61,492 nucleotides of DNA from contig JALWHT010000054.1 in NCBI GenBank assembly GCA_026983515.1, positions 1 through 61,492 of the forward strand, in the 5' to 3' direction. Numbering within the stretch: the first letter of the stretch is position 1; every line of letters begins with the position of its first letter. The position numbers were made by a program, and so were the translations under genes. Under the pieces are notes generated by a model that searched no databases, was not told where the DNA came from, and was given only the letters and a program-made list of their open reading frames with translations. This DNA is from Sulfurovum sp. Its GTDB lineage: Bacteria > Campylobacterota > Campylobacteria > Campylobacterales > Sulfurovaceae. Of this stretch, positions 49,921-61,222 are shown piece after piece.

Positions 49921-51251
49921 AGAGGAACGCCGTTGACAGTGAATTTACCGTCTTTGAGAATGAGGTTGTAAACCTTTTTGCCCTTTTCCTCTTTTGGCGG
50001 GATGAGCATCATCACCATCATGGCGCGCGGGTCTTTTGCGATCATAGAGGCAATGGTTTCGGAAAGGGAAAGGGTTGTAGTGGCATCAATGGCACCAAGC
50101 AGAAACATAGGGTTTGCTTCAATCTGCGTAAAGTCAACACCCGGCGCAAGGTTGAGTGCGGCGTTCATCTCAATGTCACCCAACTTCTTTCCATTGTCAA
50201 CAATGTTTCCTACAGCAAACTTGTTTACCGTCACTTTTACCCCTTTGGAAAGCAGTTGTTTGAGGGCTGCGTTAAAGGCAGCTTTATTTTGTTCAGGGTC
50301 ACTGGTTTGCAATACTTCCAGTGCTTTGGCATCGAGGTTGTCGGTGCGTGCGTCAAAAACAATCTGTTCCATACCGACTGTCTGTCCCTGCCCCTGCATG
50401 GTGCTTTTGGCAATCGTGGCAATGACACTGCTGGAGAGCAGACCGTTTTGCTCTTTTTCGGATGTGCTGATAGAAAGATTATTTAGCACCAGTTCTTCCT
50501 GCCCTTGTTTGGCAACGGTGATCTTGGCTACTGTGTAGTTGGCATCCATATCATAAGGAGAAGGGCCGGTTGAAGTGTATGTGGTAATGGTTTTGTCTGC
50601 AACGGCTTTGATGCCGTCTGAACTCTCCATACCAAGCAGTGCAATTTTTTGATTGAGTGTAGAGAGGGCTCCTTTTTTGAGGGTTCCGTCAAAGGTCGTC
50701 CCTTTCATTGAAAGCGTTACCGATTCGGAATTGTTACGCAGTGTCTCATGAATATCTTTGAGGTAGCCTTTAAATGTGGAAAGATCTTTTCTCAGATCAA
50801 TATGCATCAGCACTTTTTTCTGGGCAAGCATCTTCTCGATCTGTGCCAGCACTTTTTTCTCCTCATCATCTTCTGCCGCGTTGTGCACGCTATCTGGCAG
50901 GGTAAGGGGGTAGAGATCTATAGAAAGGGCACTGTAAAGGTCAGGCTGATAGGTGATGTCGACACCCATCTTCAAGCCCTTGAGGGCTTCTATATCCTGT
51001 ACGGTTGCCTTTGATCCTATCCGCTTGAAATAGGCGACCATCTTTTTGGGGTCGTCAAAGTCAATGACAAAATGCTCTTTTTGGGGTATGCTGTTGCGTG
51101 TTTCGATGACAAAGCCGTTTTGCTGCATTGTTGACAGTTCCGTATCGAGTTGATGCTTAAGCTCTTTGTTGAGCTTTCCGCTTCCGGCAGTATAGAAATA
51201 GACAAGGGTAATGGCGGCAACGGCAAGGATGCCGGTAATAATTTTTTTCAT
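49917..51251 (-). CDS. Exported hypothetical protein (DUF945/YdgA-like)
   Basis: N-terminal anchor; C-terminal DGKFTVNGVPL. Confidence 0.65.
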   Translation of the reverse strand: MKKIITGILAVAAITLVYFYTAGSGKLNKELKHQLDTELSTMQQNGFVIETRNSIPQKEHFVIDFDDPKKMVAYFKRIGSKATVQDIEALKGLKMGVDITYQPDLYSALSIDLYPLTLPDSVHNAAEDDEEKKVLAQIEKMLAQKKVLMHIDLRKDLSTFKGYLKDIHETLRNNSESVTLSMKGTTFDGTLKKGALSTLNQKIALLGMESSDGIKAVADKTITTYTSTGPSPYDMDANYTVAKITVAKQGQEELVLNNLSISTSEKEQNGLLSSSVIATIAKSTMQGQGQTVGMEQIVFDARTDNLDAKALEVLQTSDPEQNKAAFNAALKQLLSKGVKVTVNKFAVGNIVDNGKKLGDIEMNAALNLAPGVDFTQIEANPMFLLGAIDATTTLSLSETIASMIAKDPRAMMVMMLIPPKEEKGKKVYNLILKDGKFTVNGVPL

Positions 51252-51263
51252 AGAGGGTGTTCC

Positions 51264-52343
51264 TTAGTGTGTTGGGTAGAGGGCTTTGAGGTGATCCATC
51301 TTTTTGCCGAGATTGAGCAGCGCCATATCTGCAAGAACAAGTGCCATCATCGCTTCGCAGACAACCGCGCCACGAATAGCGACACAGGGGTCATGCCGGC
51401 CTTTGAGGTTACAGACGGTCGGCTCATTGTCAACGGTGACGGTTTCCTGCTCTTTGAAAATGGAGGGAGTCGGTTTGAAGTGGGTTTTTACAATGACAGT
51501 ATCACCGTTGCTGATCCCCCCGAGAATACCCCCGGAATGGTTGCTTTTGAAGCCTTCGGGGGTAATGGGGTCGTTGTTTTGGCTGCCTTTGAGATGTGTA
51601 CTGGCTATACCGTCACCGATCTCGACAGCTTTGGCGGCGTTAATGCCCATCATTGCATCGGCAAGCACCGCATCAAGCTTGTAGTAGAGCGGCTCACCCA
51701 GGCCGACAGGGACACCGGTAGCGGTTGTCAGTACCACGCCGCCTACAGAATCGTGTGCTTCTTTGGCAGTCAAAATTGCCGCTTCCTGCTGTGCCTCTTT
51801 GTTCGGGTCGAGGGCATAGAGTTTAGAGCCTTTGGCATGTGCGAAGTCAATTTTTTCGGCTTTGATACCGTCCACTTCGCACAGACCGCTTTGGATTGCA
51901 ACCCCCAGCTCCTGAAGCATCAGTTTGGCAATGGCACCGCCGGCAACACGTGCAGCGGTTTCTCTTGCAGAGGAGCGTCCGCCGCCGCGGTAATCACGTA
52001 GTCCGTATTTGTGAAAGTAGGTGAAGTCTGCATGGCCGGGGCGAAAGAGGTTTTTGATGCTGTCGTAGTCTTTGCTTTTCTGGTTGGTATTGAAAATGAC
52101 CATTGCAATAGGCGTGCCGGTACTGAGCCCTTCGAAGACACCCGAGAGGATCTCTACCCTGTCATCCTCTTTGCGCCCGGTTTCAAGCTTGCTCTTGCCC
52201 GGTTTTCTGCGGTCGAGTTCAGACTGGATGAAGGCTTCGTCTATCTTCAGTCCGGCAGGTACACCGTCGAGGATGCACCCGATCGCCTTGCCGTGAGACT
52301 CCCCAAAGGTGGTCAGTGTCAGTTTTTTCCCAAACGTGTTCAT
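51264..52343 (-). CDS. aroC: Chorismate synthase
   Basis: GESHG, RPGHAD, RSSARET, GRHDPC. Confidence 0.97.
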   Translation of the reverse strand: MNTFGKKLTLTTFGESHGKAIGCILDGVPAGLKIDEAFIQSELDRRKPGKSKLETGRKEDDRVEILSGVFEGLSTGTPIAMVIFNTNQKSKDYDSIKNLFRPGHADFTYFHKYGLRDYRGGGRSSARETAARVAGGAIAKLMLQELGVAIQSGLCEVDGIKAEKIDFAHAKGSKLYALDPNKEAQQEAAILTAKEAHDSVGGVVLTTATGVPVGLGEPLYYKLDAVLADAMMGINAAKAVEIGDGIASTHLKGSQNNDPITPEGFKSNHSGGILGGISNGDTVIVKTHFKPTPSIFKEQETVTVDNEPTVCNLKGRHDPCVAIRGAVVCEAMMALVLADMALLNLGKKMDHLKALYPTH

Positions 52344-53011
52344 TGCTTCAATGCCTCCAGTGCGATTTTTGCTGCCTTCTGCTGTGCCTCTTTTTTGCTT
52401 TTGCCTCGTGCCGAAGCGATGGTTTCATCGTTGAGCTTGACGGCAATTTCAAACTCTTTTTTGTGGTCGGGACCGGAGCTGCCCAGAAGTTCATACTGCG
52501 GTGTTACGCCATGTGTTGCCTGTGTCAGCTCCTGCAAAGCGGTTTTATAGTCTTTTGAAAGCGTATCGAGATCGATTTTTGGATGGGCTGATTCGAGCAG
52601 GTCTATGGTGATCTTTTTTGCGGTATCGAGTCCTGCCTCAAGGTAAACGGCACCGATGATCGCTTCGAAAGCATTGGAGAGCAGGGAGGGTTTGTTGCGC
52701 CCGTTGTTGTTTTCTTCTGCCGGGGAGAGGTAAATGTAACTCCCCAGGTCAATGGCACGGGCAAGCAGGGTGAACCCGCTTTCATTCACCAGTGAAGCTC
52801 TTATTTTGGAGAGTATCCCTTCGTTAGATTTTGGAAACTTGTTGAAGAGGTATTCTCCGACGATGAGGTCGAGTACTGCGTCGCCGAGAAACTCAAGCCG
52901 CTCATTATTGTAAGGCTTTTTGTCACTTTTGTGTGTCAAAGCCTCAATAATCAACTGCTTATTTTTAAAGGTGTAACCAAGCCGTTTTTCAAGTTGGGCA
53001 TAGTCTGTCAT
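52340..53011 (-). CDS. rnc: Ribonuclease III
   Basis: [12 protein letters not shown] and a dsRBD. Confidence 0.97.
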   Translation of the reverse strand: MTDYAQLEKRLGYTFKNKQLIIEALTHKSDKKPYNNERLEFLGDAVLDLIVGEYLFNKFPKSNEGILSKIRASLVNESGFTLLARAIDLGSYIYLSPAEENNNGRNKPSLLSNAFEAIIGAVYLEAGLDTAKKITIDLLESAHPKIDLDTLSKDYKTALQELTQATHGVTPQYELLGSSGPDHKKEFEIAVKLNDETIASARGKSKKEAQQKAAKIALEALKQ

Positions 53012-53469
53012 TGTTGCTCCTTGTTTTTGATGGATTGCTGAATACGTTCAGCTTCGGTACGTGCCAGTTCGTCACAGCGTTCGTTTTGGGGGTGCCCGTT
53101 ATGGCCTCGTACCCAGGTACCCCTGACAGTGTGGGGCTTGGAAACTTCAAGGTACTCTTTCCATAAGTCGATATTTTTGACCTTTTTGAAGTCTTTTCTG
53201 ATCCAGCCCGGAAGCCATTCGTTAATGGCTTTGACAACATAGGAACTGTCAGAAACGACTTCGACATCGCAGGGTTCCTTGAGAAGTTTCAGTCCTTCAA
53301 TGACTCCGCGCAGTTCCATACGGTTGTTGGTAGTATGGTCTTCCCCGCCAAAATACTCTTTGATGTGACCGTTGTATTCGAGAATACCTCCGTACCCGCC
53401 GGGTCCCGGGTTACCGAGACTGGAGCCGTCAGAGTAGAGAGTAATTCGTTTGCGTGCTTGTTTTGGCAA
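53008..53469 (-). CDS. rnhA: Ribonuclease HI
   Basis: [28 protein letters not shown]; TTG start. Confidence 0.96.
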   Translation of the reverse strand: MPKQARKRITLYSDGSSLGNPGPGGYGGILEYNGHIKEYFGGEDHTTNNRMELRGVIEGLKLLKEPCDVEVVSDSSYVVKAINEWLPGWIRKDFKKVKNIDLWKEYLEVSKPHTVRGTWVRGHNGHPQNERCDELARTEAERIQQSIKNKEQQ

Positions 53470-54472
53470 CCTGTTCCTCGACTTCTACAGAGTTGATCGT
53501 CATGCAGCCTGGGCAGCGTTTGAACGATACGGGAAAACTCTGTTTGCATTTTTTACACAGGTATGAAAAGTGTAGATCTGCCTCTTCAAAACCGTTCTCT
53601 CTTGCCGTAGCGATCAGATCAACGGCAAAAATACCGCTTTGTGCCATTGGTTTCTGCAGATAGCCTTTGGCATAGTAGAGTGTACTTAGCTGTGTATGAT
53701 GTGTGATTATATCCAAATCGAGTTGTGAATTGGGTAAGAACCAGAGGATGTCGAGGATATCATGGAGGTGTGAAATATCGATGCGTTCCCAGGCGATACG
53801 GGTGTCGAGTCTAAGCAGTTCAGCAATGACCAGACGGTATAAAGAGGGCTCGGTATCGAGGATGGCAAGAAGCCTGGGTATCTTCTGCTCTGCCGAGAGG
53901 CTGTGTTTGGAAGTGAGTTCTAAAAATGTTAGAAACTGTTCGAGCTGTGTCGTGTCTTCTCCCAGCATTTTCAGTGGCTCTATTACCTCTCTGGCGCTTG
54001 TGAAGTCATGCATTGTTTCATAAACGATTCCCAGTTCGTAAAGTACTTTTTTGCTGCGTGGCTTTTTGCGCAAAATTTCTACATAAATGGAGCGTGCACG
54101 TTCGAGAAAACCTGCATGCAGGTAGGTGCTGCCCAGCCGCTCCATCAGTTCCGTTTTGGCAAGGTCGCTTGGCATATGCTTGATGAGGTAAAGGTAGATG
54201 TTGATCGCTTTGTGGTACTCCCCGGAGTTCTCAAATGCTTTGGCAAGCAGTGTCAGCGGTTTGAACATATGTTCCTCAAAGGGCATGTCTGCGGTATCGA
54301 GGGCACACTCGGCACTTTCGAACTTGTCAAGGAATTTCAGGAGATTCCCCGCCTCTTTCTGCTGCTTGTAGATGCCCCATGCATAGGTTGCCACCGCAAT
54401 GATAAGGCTGATGACAATAATGAGCAGTATGCTAAAAAGCGGATCGTTGTAGGCAGGGAGGATATGTTCCAT
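53429..54472 (-). CDS. TPR protein with TM anchor and C-terminal CxxC-CxxC (LapB-like)
   Basis: TM helix, TPR-like helices, CKKC...CPGC. Confidence 0.75.
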   Translation of the reverse strand: MEHILPAYNDPLFSILLIIVISLIIAVATYAWGIYKQQKEAGNLLKFLDKFESAECALDTADMPFEEHMFKPLTLLAKAFENSGEYHKAINIYLYLIKHMPSDLAKTELMERLGSTYLHAGFLERARSIYVEILRKKPRSKKVLYELGIVYETMHDFTSAREVIEPLKMLGEDTTQLEQFLTFLELTSKHSLSAEQKIPRLLAILDTEPSLYRLVIAELLRLDTRIAWERIDISHLHDILDILWFLPNSQLDLDIITHHTQLSTLYYAKGYLQKPMAQSGIFAVDLIATARENGFEEADLHFSYLCKKCKQSFPVSFKRCPGCMTINSVEVEEQVAKTSTQTNYSLL

Positions 54473-54490
54473 TACTTGCACCTTTGGTGC

Positions 54491-54521
54491 AGTGAATAGT
54501 GAATAGTGAATAGTGAAGAGT
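54491..54521. repeat. Tandem heptamer (AGTGAAT)x3 + AGTGAAG
   Basis: Directly visible in the divergent intergenic region. Confidence 0.85.
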
Positions 54522-54623
54522 TGTGGTATGCGCTGCGTGGCAGTGCTACTGTTAAATGGGTATGCATTCTTTACTCCTCTTCTGCGTTGTTGGTGATTAT
54601 ACCAAATAGGATATAATGCCGTC

Positions 54624-56279
54624 ATGATTGATAACGCCTCCATAGAGTCACTAAAAAACAGTATCGATATTGTCGATGTCATCGGAAATTATGTCGAGCT
54701 GAAAAAAGCGGGTGCCAACTACAAGGCAAACTGCCCCTTTCACGGTGAAAAGACCCCTTCTTTCGTTGTCAGCCCCTCCAAGCAGATCTACCACTGTTTC
54801 GGATGTGGTGCAGGAGGCGATGCCATCAAGTTCGTGATGGAGCTTGAGAAGCTCAGCTACCCCGAAGCGATCGAAAAGCTGGCATCGATGTACAATTTTT
54901 CTTTGCGCTATACCAAAGGAAGTTCGGACTACTCCGATGCCAGACGGGTACTTGAAGCAATACAGCGCTGGTATGTCAAAAACCTCGAGCAGAACGAAAC
55001 GGCGAAAAACTACCTCAAAGAGCGTGGTATTTCGCAAAATTCCATCGAGCGATTCGGTATCGGATATGTGCCGGACGGGCGTTCGGTCATGCGTTTTTTG
55101 GATGCTACGGCACTTCCCCGTCCGCAGGCGGCCGAAGCGGGTATTATTGCCCAGGGAGAGGATGGCGGCTACTATGCCAGACTGGTGGAGCGTATTACCT
55201 TTCCCATCTACTCGCCAAACGGTGCAGCCGTAGGTTTTGGGGGACGTACCATTACCAACCATCCTGCAAAGTATATCAACTCGCCGCAGACAAAGCTCTT
55301 CAACAAGTCGCGCCTGCTGTACGGGTACCATCTGGCAAAAGAGAGTATTTACAAAAACAGGAAGCTTATTGTCTGTGAGGGGTACCTTGATGTGGTGATG
55401 TTCCATCAGGCAGGTTTTAGCGAAGCGGTCGCCACACTGGGGACAGCACTGACAAGTGAGCACCTGCCGCTGCTTCGAAAGGGGGAGCCTAAGGTCATTT
55501 TGGCATACGACGGAGACAAGGCAGGGGTGGCTGCCGCACTCAAGGCAGCACAGATGCTGGCACATGCCGACTTTGATGGCGGAGTGGTGCTTTTCCCGGA
55601 TGGACAGGATCCTGCCGACTTGATTGCCAAAGGGCAGAGTGAGGCGGTAGCGAAGCTGCTGCGTGAAGCCAAACCGATCATCCCTTTTGTCCTCGAAAAG
55701 ATCGTAGAGGCCTATGACCTGCACGATCCGCGTGCCAAAGAAGCAGCTTTTGGGACGCTCAAACAGTTTCTTTCAGGGCTTAGCCAGATCATTAAAGACG
55801 CCTACATCCCTATGGCTGCAAGTTTGTTGGGGGTTGCGCCGGCGATGTTTGGCGCACAGGCAAAACCCGAACGTGCCAGAGAGAACTTCTCACAGCCCAA
55901 AGACGATGTTGCACAGCTGAGCATTCTCAAGACACTGGTTGAAAAACCAGAGCTTATAGACTTCGTGCTCGACGTGGTTGACATCCATATGTTTGGGAAC
56001 TACGCCCCGCTCTTTACTGCACTGCTGAACAATGAAACGCAGCATCCGCATCTGATGGGACTTGCGGTAGATGAGAGTCTGAAGGTACTCAGCGAAGAAG
56101 AGTTGCAGGATGCCCTTTGCAATTTTCTCATACGCCATTACGACACCCGCCTTAAACAGATCACAGCAGACAGGAGTATGCCTTATACCCAGAAAGCATT
56201 TCTCATCCGAAAGATAAAAACCGATATTATTCCCCGCCTTAAACGCGGTGAACTTGTTCCCTATGACGATTCTCTCTGA
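54624..56279 (+). CDS. dnaG: DNA primase
   Basis: CPFHGEKTPSF, CFGCG, KYINSP, EGYLD, YDGDKAG. Confidence 0.97.
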   Translation: MIDNASIESLKNSIDIVDVIGNYVELKKAGANYKANCPFHGEKTPSFVVSPSKQIYHCFGCGAGGDAIKFVMELEKLSYPEAIEKLASMYNFSLRYTKGSSDYSDARRVLEAIQRWYVKNLEQNETAKNYLKERGISQNSIERFGIGYVPDGRSVMRFLDATALPRPQAAEAGIIAQGEDGGYYARLVERITFPIYSPNGAAVGFGGRTITNHPAKYINSPQTKLFNKSRLLYGYHLAKESIYKNRKLIVCEGYLDVVMFHQAGFSEAVATLGTALTSEHLPLLRKGEPKVILAYDGDKAGVAAALKAAQMLAHADFDGGVVLFPDGQDPADLIAKGQSEAVAKLLREAKPIIPFVLEKIVEAYDLHDPRAKEAAFGTLKQFLSGLSQIIKDAYIPMAASLLGVAPAMFGAQAKPERARENFSQPKDDVAQLSILKTLVEKPELIDFVLDVVDIHMFGNYAPLFTALLNNETQHPHLMGLAVDESLKVLSEEELQDALCNFLIRHYDTRLKQITADRSMPYTQKAFLIRKIKTDIIPRLKRGELVPYDDSL

Positions 56280-56332
56280 CCTGGGGTATTCTTTTATGCT
56301 TTTTGTGATAAAATTCTTTCCGCAACATTGAT

Positions 56333-56408
56333 GGGCCCTTAGCTCAGCTGGGAGAGCGCTTCGCTGGCAGCGAAGAGGTCGTCGGTTCGATCCCGATAGG
56401 GTCCACCA
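56333..56408 (+). tRNA. tRNA-Ala(GGC)
   Basis: Cloverleaf, anticodon GGC, G3:U70 pair. Confidence 0.95.
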
Positions 56409-56750
56409 TCTTTATTATGAATATTTTCTTTTCCTTTCATTCCAATTATGTATTACATCAATCAAACATCACTTTAATCTAATAATGTGTGCATGGATTA
56501 TAAAGAGGTGGCAGCCGGGAATGGTTAGTGCACTCTAAAAAGGAGACTGTTCCCATGACATCGGAAGAAGCGACACAGCAGTGTATTGTGTTTTGCAAGG
56601 AAGAGCAGCGGGAGTGGCTTGACTTGAGTGCTACTGTCGGGATTGCCAACATAGGTCTATCTGGATGTATCGTACAACACCATTGAAAATTTTGATATGG
56701 TAAAAAAGATAAAGTTAAAATGGTTTAATGGGAAGTGTTAAATGTGTCAG

Positions 56751-56825
56751 TGGTGACCCCTAGGAGACTCGAACTCCTGTGGCATGGATGAAAACCATGA
56801 ATCCTAACCGCTAGATGAAGGGGCC
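56751..56825 (-). tRNA. tRNA-Glu(UUC)
   Basis: Cloverleaf, anticodon UUC. Confidence 0.95.
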
Positions 56826-56850
56826 GCACATAACAAAAACAAGTATCAAG

Positions 56851-56925
56851 TGGTGACCCCTAGGAGACTCGAACTCCTGTGGCATGGATGAAAACCATGA
56901 ATCCTAACCGCTAGATGAAGGGGCC
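56851..56925 (-). tRNA. tRNA-Glu(UUC), identical second copy
   Basis: Same sequence as 56751-56825. Confidence 0.95.
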
Positions 56926-57017
56926 ATTGACAACTTGTGGACGGAATTATATAAACTGATGGCTTAAATTACTCTTAACATTTGCTATAATTTTGCTAAA
57001 AATTGAGAAGGAAATGA

Positions 57018-57509
57018 ATGAAACGGTATTGGTACGGCATTATGGTACTGTTTGCAGTGTTGCTGCAAGGGTGTGGCGAAGCCCCTAAAATGAAAGGGGA
57101 GAGCGCGATGATCGTGCTGAAAACACCGGCAATGAAGTATGCCGATATGGGGTTTATATATACAACCCCGTTAGAGGTAAAAGCGGAGATATACGGCAGT
57201 GGTCAGGCACTTTTTACCCTGCGCATCACACCTAAAAGTGTCTGTACGAGCCATTTTGCCTGTCTTGACAGAAGAAGTTTCAATGCCCGAATGCTCTCTG
57301 CGAATTATCCGGACGATACACTCGAACGCATTTTTCGGGGGAAACCTCTCTTTAATGGAAAAAATATTGTAAAAAAACGTAACGGCTTTACACAAAAACT
57401 TTTTGCTCCGGGGAAATACAATATTGAATACACTGTTTTCAATAATGAGACGGTTTTTCGTGATACAATCAATCAAATTTTCATAAAAATCAAACGGATG
57501 CGAGGTTAA
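57018..57509 (+). CDS. Lipoprotein of unknown function
   Basis: Lipobox LQGC; KYADMGF motif. Confidence 0.75.
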   Translation: MKRYWYGIMVLFAVLLQGCGEAPKMKGESAMIVLKTPAMKYADMGFIYTTPLEVKAEIYGSGQALFTLRITPKSVCTSHFACLDRRSFNARMLSANYPDDTLERIFRGKPLFNGKNIVKKRNGFTQKLFAPGKYNIEYTVFNNETVFRDTINQIFIKIKRMRG

Positions 57510-57510
57510 A

Positions 57511-58401
57511 ATGAAGTATGTCGGAGCACATGTGAGTGCCAGCGGTGGTGTGGAGAACGCACCGCTCAATGCTATGGCAATAGGTGCAAAAGCGTTTGCC
57601 CTTTTTACCAAAAACCAGCGCCAGTGGGTTGCCAAACCGTTGGCACAGGAGTCGATCGATGCGTTCAAAGCCAACCTTGAAAAGAGCGGTATTCTTCCCA
57701 AATACGTGTTGCCGCACGACTCCTACCTTATCAACCTTGGGCATCCTGAAGCAGAGAAGCTTGAAAAATCACGTATGGCGTTCATTGATGAACTGGAGCG
57801 CTGTGCGCAGCTGGGGCTTGACAAGCTCAACTTTCATCCGGGTTCGCATTTGGTGAAGATCCCCAAGCGTGATCCGCACTATGAAGAGAAGCTGATGGAG
57901 GCCGAACTACACTGTCTGGATGTCATTGCCGAGTCGATGAACCTCGCCATCGAAGCGACGGCAGGTTCGGATGTCAAACTGGTCATCGAGAATACCGCAG
58001 GGCAGGGAAGCAACCTCGGCTACAAGTTTGAGCATCTCTCTTATATTATTGACAGAGTTGATGACAAGAGCCGTGTGGGTGTCTGTCTTGACACCTGCCA
58101 TACGTTTACGGCCGGGTATGATCTGCGTACCCGTGAAGCGTACGACGAAACGATGGATGCTTTCGGGCGCATTGTCGGATTTGAATATTTGATGGGCATG
58201 CACATCAATGACTCCAAGCCACCGCTTGGTTCGCGGGTAGACCGCCACCAGTCACTTGGTTTGGGGGAGATCGGCTGGGATGCATTCAAATTCATCATGA
58301 ATGACCCGCGGATGGACGATATCCCGTTGATACTGGAGACGATCAACGAGGAAATATGGCCGGAGGAGATTAAGGCGCTTTATGAGCTTGTCGAAGCATA
58401 G
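57511..58401 (+). CDS. nfo: Endonuclease IV
   Basis: [28 protein letters not shown]. Confidence 0.97.
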   Translation: MKYVGAHVSASGGVENAPLNAMAIGAKAFALFTKNQRQWVAKPLAQESIDAFKANLEKSGILPKYVLPHDSYLINLGHPEAEKLEKSRMAFIDELERCAQLGLDKLNFHPGSHLVKIPKRDPHYEEKLMEAELHCLDVIAESMNLAIEATAGSDVKLVIENTAGQGSNLGYKFEHLSYIIDRVDDKSRVGVCLDTCHTFTAGYDLRTREAYDETMDAFGRIVGFEYLMGMHINDSKPPLGSRVDRHQSLGLGEIGWDAFKFIMNDPRMDDIPLILETINEEIWPEEIKALYELVEA

Positions 58402-58431
58402 TGTTAAAACAAAAAGAGGAGGAGTGGAAGA

Positions 58432-59655
58432 ATGAAAAATATCGTTAGAGGAGCGGTACTGAGTACCATAGTCACATCGGCAGTGATGGCTGCAGGATAC
58501 AAAATTCCAGAACAGTCGCTTAATTCCATGGCGTTGGGTGCAGCGTATGTGGCGCATACGACACAGGCGGACACCGCCTATTTCAACCCTGCAAATATGG
58601 TTTTTATGGGTGAAAAACAGTATTTTGATGATACTGCTACTTTGGCAAATCTGCCTGCAATAGACTATTACGACGTGGCGGAATCAAAAGAGGAAAATAT
58701 TGTCATTCCGGCACTGCATTATGTTTCTGCACCGATGGGTAATTTTAGATGGGGGCTCAGTATTACTGCTCCTGGAGGACTCTCCAAGCGTTGGGATGAA
58801 CAGCCTGGTAAAGCATTTGCAGAAGAGTTTACACTAAAAATTATTGAGTTCAATCCCTCTGTCGCTTACAAAGTAAGTGATAATTTCAGTATTGGTGGAG
58901 GAGTAAGACTTATTTACAGCGATGGAGTTGTAAAGTCTGACAGTACTGGTTTGGATCCTCGAAATTTTAAAAGAGACATGGAGGGTGACACTTTTGAGTT
59001 TGGATATAATCTTGCAATGACCTATAGACCGACAGATGATCTGATATTGGCGGCAACTTATCGTTCCAATGTTGATTTAGATTTGTCTGGAGATGCAAAG
59101 CTTTACTATAGTGGAATAGAAGTTTATAATGGTGGAGCAGACGTTTCCGTACCTTTACCTGCTGCACTCAATCTTTCTATTGCGAAAACGTGGAATAAAA
59201 CGTTTACACTTGAGTTCAACTATGAACGTACATTCTGGTCAAAATATAAAACGCTTGATTTCAATTATGACGGGGTTGTTCCTCCTGAACTCCAACCGGT
59301 CTTTGATGACCCGATAGAGAAGTCCTGGAAAGATACAAATACCTATCGTATTGGAGCAACAATGGTAATGGACAAGATCACGGTGATGATGGGCTTTGCT
59401 ATTGATGAGACGCCGGTTCCGGACAAAACGCTTGGTTTTGAACTGCCTGACAGTGATGCAAAAATCTTCTCCATGGGATTCAGATATCAGCAGAATGAAA
59501 ATCTCTCGTGGGGTGCAGCATTCCTGTACGATGCGAAAGAGGCACGATCGATCGCCAAAGGTGTATCGGACAACCCGGTCATCAATGCAAACGGTGCGAG
59601 TTTCAGCGGAGGTGGTGCCTACCTGACAACGCTGGGGCTCTCCTACGAGTTCTAA
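58432..59655 (+). CDS. OmpP1/FadL-family outer-membrane transporter
   Basis: AGYKIPEQS, YFNPAN, LPDSD, terminal YEF. Confidence 0.9.
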   Translation: MKNIVRGAVLSTIVTSAVMAAGYKIPEQSLNSMALGAAYVAHTTQADTAYFNPANMVFMGEKQYFDDTATLANLPAIDYYDVAESKEENIVIPALHYVSAPMGNFRWGLSITAPGGLSKRWDEQPGKAFAEEFTLKIIEFNPSVAYKVSDNFSIGGGVRLIYSDGVVKSDSTGLDPRNFKRDMEGDTFEFGYNLAMTYRPTDDLILAATYRSNVDLDLSGDAKLYYSGIEVYNGGADVSVPLPAALNLSIAKTWNKTFTLEFNYERTFWSKYKTLDFNYDGVVPPELQPVFDDPIEKSWKDTNTYRIGATMVMDKITVMMGFAIDETPVPDKTLGFELPDSDAKIFSMGFRYQQNENLSWGAAFLYDAKEARSIAKGVSDNPVINANGASFSGGGAYLTTLGLSYEF

Positions 59656-59656
59656 G

Positions 59657-61222
59657 ATGGCGTATCCGTTCAATACCCTTTATGAGATCGTGCAGCAGCA
59701 AGCTAAAAAGCGTGGCGGTAAAACAGCGCTTTTTGTTGATGATACAAAGATTCGTTACCGTGATATTTTGCAAAAGGCCGATGCGCTTGCAGGCGTACTG
59801 GCGAAAAAGGGAGTGAAGCAGGGCGACAGGGTCGCGCTCTTTTTACGCAACTCCCCCGAATTTGTCTACGCCATTTTTGCCGTCTCGAAGCTTGGTGCAA
59901 TACTTGTCCCGGTCAACACGTTTCTTAAAGCCGATGAACTCAGTTATATTCTTGAAGACAGCGATGCTTCGGTCTTGATTGCTTCGACAATACATGCCAA
60001 AGTGGTGAATGCTTCAAATGCATCGCAGGTATGCAGAAGCATTTTCTGGGAGGGTGAGGCCAAAACTGTCAGCAAGAATGATATTGGCTTCGATGCAGTG
60101 TGGACTGAGAATGCACAAGTGCCCTATGTGCAAGGAACATTGGATGATACCGCTGTTTTGATCTATACTTCCGGAACGACAGGCAAGCCCAAAGGCGCAA
60201 TGCTGAGCAACCGGAACATCCTCTCTAACGCCGATTCTGGACGGCAAACCATCCGTGTGACACAACGGGACAGAGGGATCGTCTTTTTACCCATGTTTCA
60301 CTCCTTTACCTTCTCGATTGGTGTGATCCTGCCTCTGTATGTAGGGGCGAGTATCGTTATTATCAAATCGATCCAGCCCTTCAGTAACATCTTTAAACAA
60401 ACACTGATGAAACGGGTAACGATCTTTTTTGGGGTACCCGATGTCTACAATGCACTTGCCCGAGCAAAGCTTCCGTGGTACTTTATGTGGTTCAACCGTA
60501 TCCGTGCATTTATCTCCGGTGCGGCGCCGCTGCAGCCAAAAACACTCGATGCGATGGCGCAGAAGTTCAAGCGTGCCACATTGCTTGAAGGCTATGGCTT
60601 GAGCGAAGCAAGTCCGGCTGTCTGCATCAACACCTTTGAAAAGCAGAAGGCAGGTTCGGTAGGAACAGCACTGCCAGGGTACGAGATGAAGATTGTCGAT
60701 GAGAATATGAATGAACTGCCCCATGGGGAGATCGGTGATATCATTGTCAGAGGTGAAAATGTCATGCAGGGGTACTGGAAGCGCCCTGAAGCGACGGTGG
60801 AAACCATTGTCAACGGCTGGCTGTTGACAGGTGACATGGGGTATATGGATGAAGATAGCTTTTTATTTATTGTCGACCGTAAAAAAGATCTTATTATCTC
60901 CAAAGGCATCAACATCTATCCACGAGAAATTGAAGATGCCATTGATAGTCATCCGCATGTGAAAGCGTCTGCGGTAGTAGGCATCTTCGATGAGAAGAGC
61001 GGTGAGATACCCGTTGCCTACGTAGAGCTTGAAGAGGGGGTTGAAACACTGGATGAAGCGGGGCTTAAAAAGCACCTGCGCAGTCAGCTTGCGAACTTCA
61101 AGCTGCCCAAGCAGATTCATGTTACAGAAGAGCTTCCCAAAAATGCAACGGGGAAAGTACTTAAACGGGTACTCAAAGAACAGCTTACCAAAGTGGAGGT
61201 AACCGATCAAAGCGCTGATTAA
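59657..61222 (+). CDS. Long-chain fatty acid--CoA ligase
   Basis: YTSGTTGKPKG, EGYGLSE, TGDMG, PKNATGK. Confidence 0.92.
   Translation: MAYPFNTLYEIVQQQAKKRGGKTALFVDDTKIRYRDILQKADALAGVLAKKGVKQGDRVALFLRNSPEFVYAIFAVSKLGAILVPVNTFLKADELSYILEDSDASVLIASTIHAKVVNASNASQVCRSIFWEGEAKTVSKNDIGFDAVWTENAQVPYVQGTLDDTAVLIYTSGTTGKPKGAMLSNRNILSNADSGRQTIRVTQRDRGIVFLPMFHSFTFSIGVILPLYVGASIVIIKSIQPFSNIFKQTLMKRVTIFFGVPDVYNALARAKLPWYFMWFNRIRAFISGAAPLQPKTLDAMAQKFKRATLLEGYGLSEASPAVCINTFEKQKAGSVGTALPGYEMKIVDENMNELPHGEIGDIIVRGENVMQGYWKRPEATVETIVNGWLLTGDMGYMDEDSFLFIVDRKKDLIISKGINIYPREIEDAIDSHPHVKASAVVGIFDEKSGEIPVAYVELEEGVETLDEAGLKKHLRSQLANFKLPKQIHVTEELPKNATGKVLKRVLKEQLTKVEVTDQSAD

Noticed and set aside
56751-56925. 75-bp direct repeat as att sites
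   Set aside because: Both copies are complete tRNA-Glu genes only 25 nt apart
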